A DNA stretch of 63,250 nucleotides, filler included. It is 5 parts of 5 records of this genome, joined end to end, with 100 filler letters (N's around TTAATTAATTAA, not from the genome) between each part and the next. Parts side by side here need not be neighbours in the genome. Positions count along the whole stretch, not along the records: positions 57,619 to 63,250 come from SRR22947725_854; 4 more parts are not named here. The stretch is one strand, 5' to 3'. The translations under genes were made by a program, and so were the position numbers. The notes beneath the pieces were generated by a model, which worked only from the letters and a program-made list of their open reading frames with translations, made no database searches and was not told where the DNA came from. This document shows, piece by piece, positions 59,703 through 63,250 of the stretch. Each line of letters starts with the position of its first letter. The stretch's first letter is position 1.

Positions 59703-60926
59703 ATGTCTGAATATATTATAAATAGACTTGGCCAATTGGGTGATGGAGTAATTGATAGTCCACACGGTGAAATATTTGCACCCTTTACATTACCTGGTGA
59801 ACACATCGAAGGTGAGGTTAAAAGTGGTAGAATTTATGACCCAAAAATAATTAAACCTGTTTCTGATAGAATAAAACCTTCTTGTAAACATTTTAAAAAT
59901 TGTGGTGGATGTACTCTGCAGCATGCTTCAGTTTCATTTCTTTCGGATTGGAAAATCAAAAAAACAAAAGAAGCGTTATCACAAGTTAACCTTCATCCTA
60001 CATTTAGAAAAATAATAAACACAAAAAAAGAATCAAGAAGACGTGCTACTTTTGCTGCAAAGCGGACCAAAAAAGGTTCAATGGTGGGATTTCATGGCCG
60101 TGCCTCTGACATAATCGTAGAAATAACTGAATGCCCAGTATCTGATCCTATATTATTATCTGGAATGCCAGCTTTTTCTAAATTTGCGTTATTAGGATCA
60201 TCTAGAAAAGCAGTACTACGTATTTCAGCAACTGTTTCAGGTAACAGCTTAGATGTAAAAGTTGATAATGGAAAAGAATTATCAGCCACAGAAATTTCTA
60301 AATTTGCTCAAATTTGCAATCAATCTAAGATTATAAGGCTAATGTGGAATAATGATGTAATTGCTCAGTCAAATCCACCAAGCCAAACAATGGGCTTAGC
60401 ACAAGTTGTTCCGCCTAGTGGAGCATTTTTACAAGCTACAAAAACTGGTGAAGCAGCACTTGTTGAAACTGTTTTAGAAATTATAGGTCCTGCAAAACGC
60501 GTTGTAGATCTTTTTTCAGGATGTGGAACTTTTGCGTTACCCATTTCAAATAAAGCTGCAGTCCATGCCCTTGAAAGTGATCAGAATATGATTTCAGCTT
60601 TAGATTCTGGATGGCGAATTGTGGGCGGACTACATAATATACTTGCAGAAAAACGTGACCTTTTCCGAAGACCTTTAACGCCAGATGAGTTTAAAAATAT
60701 CGATGCAGTCGTAATCGATCCACCCCGTGCTGGTGCAATTAGTCAAGTAACAGAACTTGCAAAGACCAATGTAAAACGCATAGCCTTTGTTTCCTGTAAT
60801 CCTGCTACATTTGCTAGAGATGCTTCAATCTTATGTAATAATGGTTACAATTTAGATTGGGTCCAAGTTGTGGATCAATTTTTATGGAATTCACATGTTG
60901 AGCTCGTTGCCCAGTTCACTAAATAA
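59703..60926 (+). CDS. RNA (uracil-5)-methyltransferase, RlmD/TrmA family
   Basis: CKHF..CGGC Fe-S motif, AFLQ, DLFSGCGTF, DPPRAG, VSCNPATFARD, DQF..HVE. Confidence 0.9.
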   Translation: MSEYIINRLGQLGDGVIDSPHGEIFAPFTLPGEHIEGEVKSGRIYDPKIIKPVSDRIKPSCKHFKNCGGCTLQHASVSFLSDWKIKKTKEALSQVNLHPTFRKIINTKKESRRRATFAAKRTKKGSMVGFHGRASDIIVEITECPVSDPILLSGMPAFSKFALLGSSRKAVLRISATVSGNSLDVKVDNGKELSATEISKFAQICNQSKIIRLMWNNDVIAQSNPPSQTMGLAQVVPPSGAFLQATKTGEAALVETVLEIIGPAKRVVDLFSGCGTFALPISNKAAVHALESDQNMISALDSGWRIVGGLHNILAEKRDLFRRPLTPDEFKNIDAVVIDPPRAGAISQVTELAKTNVKRIAFVSCNPATFARDASILCNNGYNLDWVQVVDQFLWNSHVELVAQFTK

Positions 60927-60952
60927 CTAGTTTTTTAAAGTTGAAATAAAAT

Positions 60953-61738
60953 ATGACAGTATCTCTTTTTAGAAAAAATCTTTATGAATGGCTAAACACT
61001 TCAACAGTTCGTTATACTATTTTAGCTATAATTATTATAAATGCAGTTATTTTAGGTATCGAAACATCTCCAAATATTATGAGAGAGTATGGCTCAATAT
61101 TAACAACACTGGATAATATTTGCCTTACAATATTTGTATTAGAGTTAACGCTAAAATTGTTCTCTCGAGGATTAAGGTTTTTTAAAGATCCATGGAATTT
61201 ATTTGATTTTTTTGTTATTGGAGTGTCATTAGCTCCAGTATCTGAAGGTTTTTCAGTATTACGCGCTTTAAGAATATTGCGCGTTTTGCGCGCCCTTTCA
61301 TTTGCTCCTCGATTACGTAGAACAATTGAAGGGTTTATATCCGCTCTTCCAGGTATGTCATCTGTAATTATTTTAATGGCTATTATATTTTATATAGGAG
61401 CTGTTATTTCCACCAAATTATTTGCTGACGCCTTTCCTATATGGTTTGGATCGATTGGGAAGTCATTATATAGCTTGTTTCAAATCATGACCTTAGAAAG
61501 TTGGTCGATGGGAATTGTTCGACCAGTCATGGAAGTCTATCCCCACGCTTGGATGTTTTTTGTACCCTTCATACTAATTACTAGTTTTGCAGTTGTTAAT
61601 GTATTGGTTGGTTTAATAGTAAATTCAATGCATGACGCACACTCAGAAGAAGCATCAGAAGCAACTGATGCATATAGAGATGATGTTTTAAATCAATTAG
61701 AAAAAATATCAGAACGATTAAATAAGCTTGAGCGTTAA
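60953..61738 (+). CDS. Bacterial voltage-gated sodium channel (BacNav/NaChBac family)
   Basis: S4 [21 protein letters not shown], selectivity filter TLESWSMG, C-terminal coiled coil. Confidence 0.92.
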   Translation: MTVSLFRKNLYEWLNTSTVRYTILAIIIINAVILGIETSPNIMREYGSILTTLDNICLTIFVLELTLKLFSRGLRFFKDPWNLFDFFVIGVSLAPVSEGFSVLRALRILRVLRALSFAPRLRRTIEGFISALPGMSSVIILMAIIFYIGAVISTKLFADAFPIWFGSIGKSLYSLFQIMTLESWSMGIVRPVMEVYPHAWMFFVPFILITSFAVVNVLVGLIVNSMHDAHSEEASEATDAYRDDVLNQLEKISERLNKLER

Positions 61739-63249
61739 ATACTTTGTTTTAAAGAGGCCACACCTAAAATCTCTAATACTTTCATTTCAATATCATGTGC
61801 ACTCATAGCAGCTTCTTGATACATTTGTGCTGGAGTATCCTGATCTAAGAATGTATCAGGGAAGACCATAGATCGGAACTTAAAACCATTATCAAATATG
61901 CCCTCATTCAACAATAGTTGTTGAACATGGCTACCAAATCCCCCTATAACCCCTTCCTCGATTGTAATTAAAGCATCATGATTTAACACCAAATCTATAA
62001 TCATATTTTTATCTAAAGGTTTCGCAAAGCGCGCGTCTGCAATCGTTGGATTAATACCTTTTGCTAATAATAAATCAGAAGCCTTAATAACCTCTTTGAG
62101 CCGAGCGCCAAAAGATAAAATGGCAACTTTTGATCCCTCTTTTACTATTCGCCCTTTACCTATTTCCAATACAATTCCTTTTTCTGGTAGATCAACACCT
62201 ACTCCTTCACCCCTCGGGAACCGAAATGCACTTGGACGATCGTCAATAGACCTGGCAGTTGCAACCATATGTACTAACTCAGCTTCATCCGCAGCTGCCA
62301 TTACAACAAAATCTGGTAGATTTGCCAAAAAACTTATATCAAAGCTTCCTGCATGAGTTGCTCCATCTGCACCAACAAGGCCCGCTCTATCTATAGCAAA
62401 CCTTACTGGTAAGCGTTGTAATGCCACATCGTGAACTACCTGATCATATCCTCGTTGCAGGAATGTTGAGTATAGAGCGCAGAAAGGTTTCATTCCACCT
62501 GCTGCCATCCCAGCGCAGAATGTAACCGCATGTTGCTCTGCAATACCAACATCAAAAGTTCTGTTTGGATAATGCTTTTCAAAGATATCTAATCCCGTTC
62601 CATCTGGCATTGCAGCTGTAACTGCAACAATCTTATCGTCAGAACTTGCTTCCGCTATTAATGCATTTGCAAAAACTTTAGTATAGCTTGGTGCATTTGA
62701 TGGTGATGTTTGTTGTTGGCCAGAAACCACATTAAACTTTGCAACTCCATGGTATTTATCTGATGATGCTTCGGCTGGAGCGTATCCTTTACCTTTTTGA
62801 GTTATTGCATGAATTAAAATTGGCCCCGTAGCACGGTCTTTAACAGTTCTAAGAACATTTAATAATTGTTCCATATCATGCCCATCTATTGGGCCAATAT
62901 ATGAAAAACCAAGTTGCTCAAATAAAGTTCCACCTATCGTCATATGTTTAAGTATTTCTCGTGCACGTTTGGCACCATCTTGAAATGGCGAAGGCAGCAG
63001 AGAAACAGCCCCTTTTGCAGCAGCTTTTAATTCTTGGAATGGCTCACCAGCATACAAACGTGATAAATATGTAGACATTGCACCAACAGGAGGGGCAATT
63101 GACATTTTATTGTCGTTTAAAATAACTATTAAACGCTTACCTAGGTGGCCCGCATTGTTCATAGCTTCATATGCCATTCCCGCTGACATGGAGCCATCAC
63201 CAATGACCGCAATTGCATCTCCTAAACCATGTTCTGGTGCACCACCTAA
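61735..63249 (-). CDS. dxs: 1-deoxy-D-xylulose-5-phosphate synthase (5' truncated)
   Basis: [58 protein letters not shown]. Confidence 0.97.
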   Translation of the reverse strand, partial: LGGAPEHGLGDAIAVIGDGSMSAGMAYEAMNNAGHLGKRLIVILNDNKMSIAPPVGAMSTYLSRLYAGEPFQELKAAAKGAVSLLPSPFQDGAKRAREILKHMTIGGTLFEQLGFSYIGPIDGHDMEQLLNVLRTVKDRATGPILIHAITQKGKGYAPAEASSDKYHGVAKFNVVSGQQQTSPSNAPSYTKVFANALIAEASSDDKIVAVTAAMPDGTGLDIFEKHYPNRTFDVGIAEQHAVTFCAGMAAGGMKPFCALYSTFLQRGYDQVVHDVALQRLPVRFAIDRAGLVGADGATHAGSFDISFLANLPDFVVMAAADEAELVHMVATARSIDDRPSAFRFPRGEGVGVDLPEKGIVLEIGKGRIVKEGSKVAILSFGARLKEVIKASDLLLAKGINPTIADARFAKPLDKNMIIDLVLNHDALITIEEGVIGGFGSHVQQLLLNEGIFDNGFKFRSMVFPDTFLDQDTPAQMYQEAAMSAHDIEMKVLEILGVASLKQSI

Positions 63250-63250
63250 A

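Noticed and set aside
1..63250. tRNA, rRNA, integrase, transposase, prophage or defence island
   Set aside because: None recognised by eye; intergenic gaps are short and show no cloverleaf or terminal-repeat signatures. tRNAscan-SE, Rfam and DefenseFinder runs would be needed to exclude them formally.

Overview
This window is not one locus. It is five unrelated contigs joined by identical artificial 100-nt spacers (N44-TTAATTAATTAA-N44) at 15847-15946, 28674-28773, 39534-39633 and 57519-57618, so gene context cannot be read across a spacer. Taxonomy below is inferred from gene content, gene order and base composition, not from a database search. (1) 1-15846: AT-rich, tightly packed gammaproteobacterium (SAR86-like) with purH-purD-coq7, a converging 11-gene minus-strand run (two SDRs, amgK, murU, rpe, DUF192, trpEGDC, SF2 helicase), then a GST-kappa-like gene and lptD-surA-pdxA behind a clean sigmaE-type promoter. 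(2) 15947-28673: marine Flavobacteriia with glmS, DUF4270, a half-length glycogen-synthase-like gene, panCD, a flippase-like gene, a pseudo-esterase, radA, ileS (GIHH motif), a dksA-like gene and uvrC. (3) 28774-39533: GC-rich Verrucomicrobiota (Opitutales-like) with an FAD oxidoreductase tail, cstA, an MFS remnant, an isochorismatase-like gene, a (GGGAGTG)5 repeat, a metallophosphoesterase, a hypothetical/SecD-head lipoprotein/M23 trio, topB, lpxK and an adk-like gene. (4) 39634-57518: AT-rich gammaproteobacterium (Cellvibrionales/SAR92-like) with mfd, mscS, nagZ, lexA with SOS box, topA, slt, tatD, rlmKL and pepN. (5) 57619-63250: AT-rich Rhodobacteraceae-like contig with hslO, a Nudix CoA pyrophosphatase, cca, an RNA methyltransferase, a voltage-gated Na channel and dxs. 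Content is mostly housekeeping. I found no CRISPR array, prophage, transposase, rRNA or tRNA, and no multi-gene system I can confidently call new. The best leads are the SF2 helicase coupled to trpC, the G-quadruplex-capable heptamer repeat, the structured cstA leader and the in-frame MFS remnant after cstA, the GIHH IleRS, the extended SOS-box palindrome and several apparent pseudo-enzymes.
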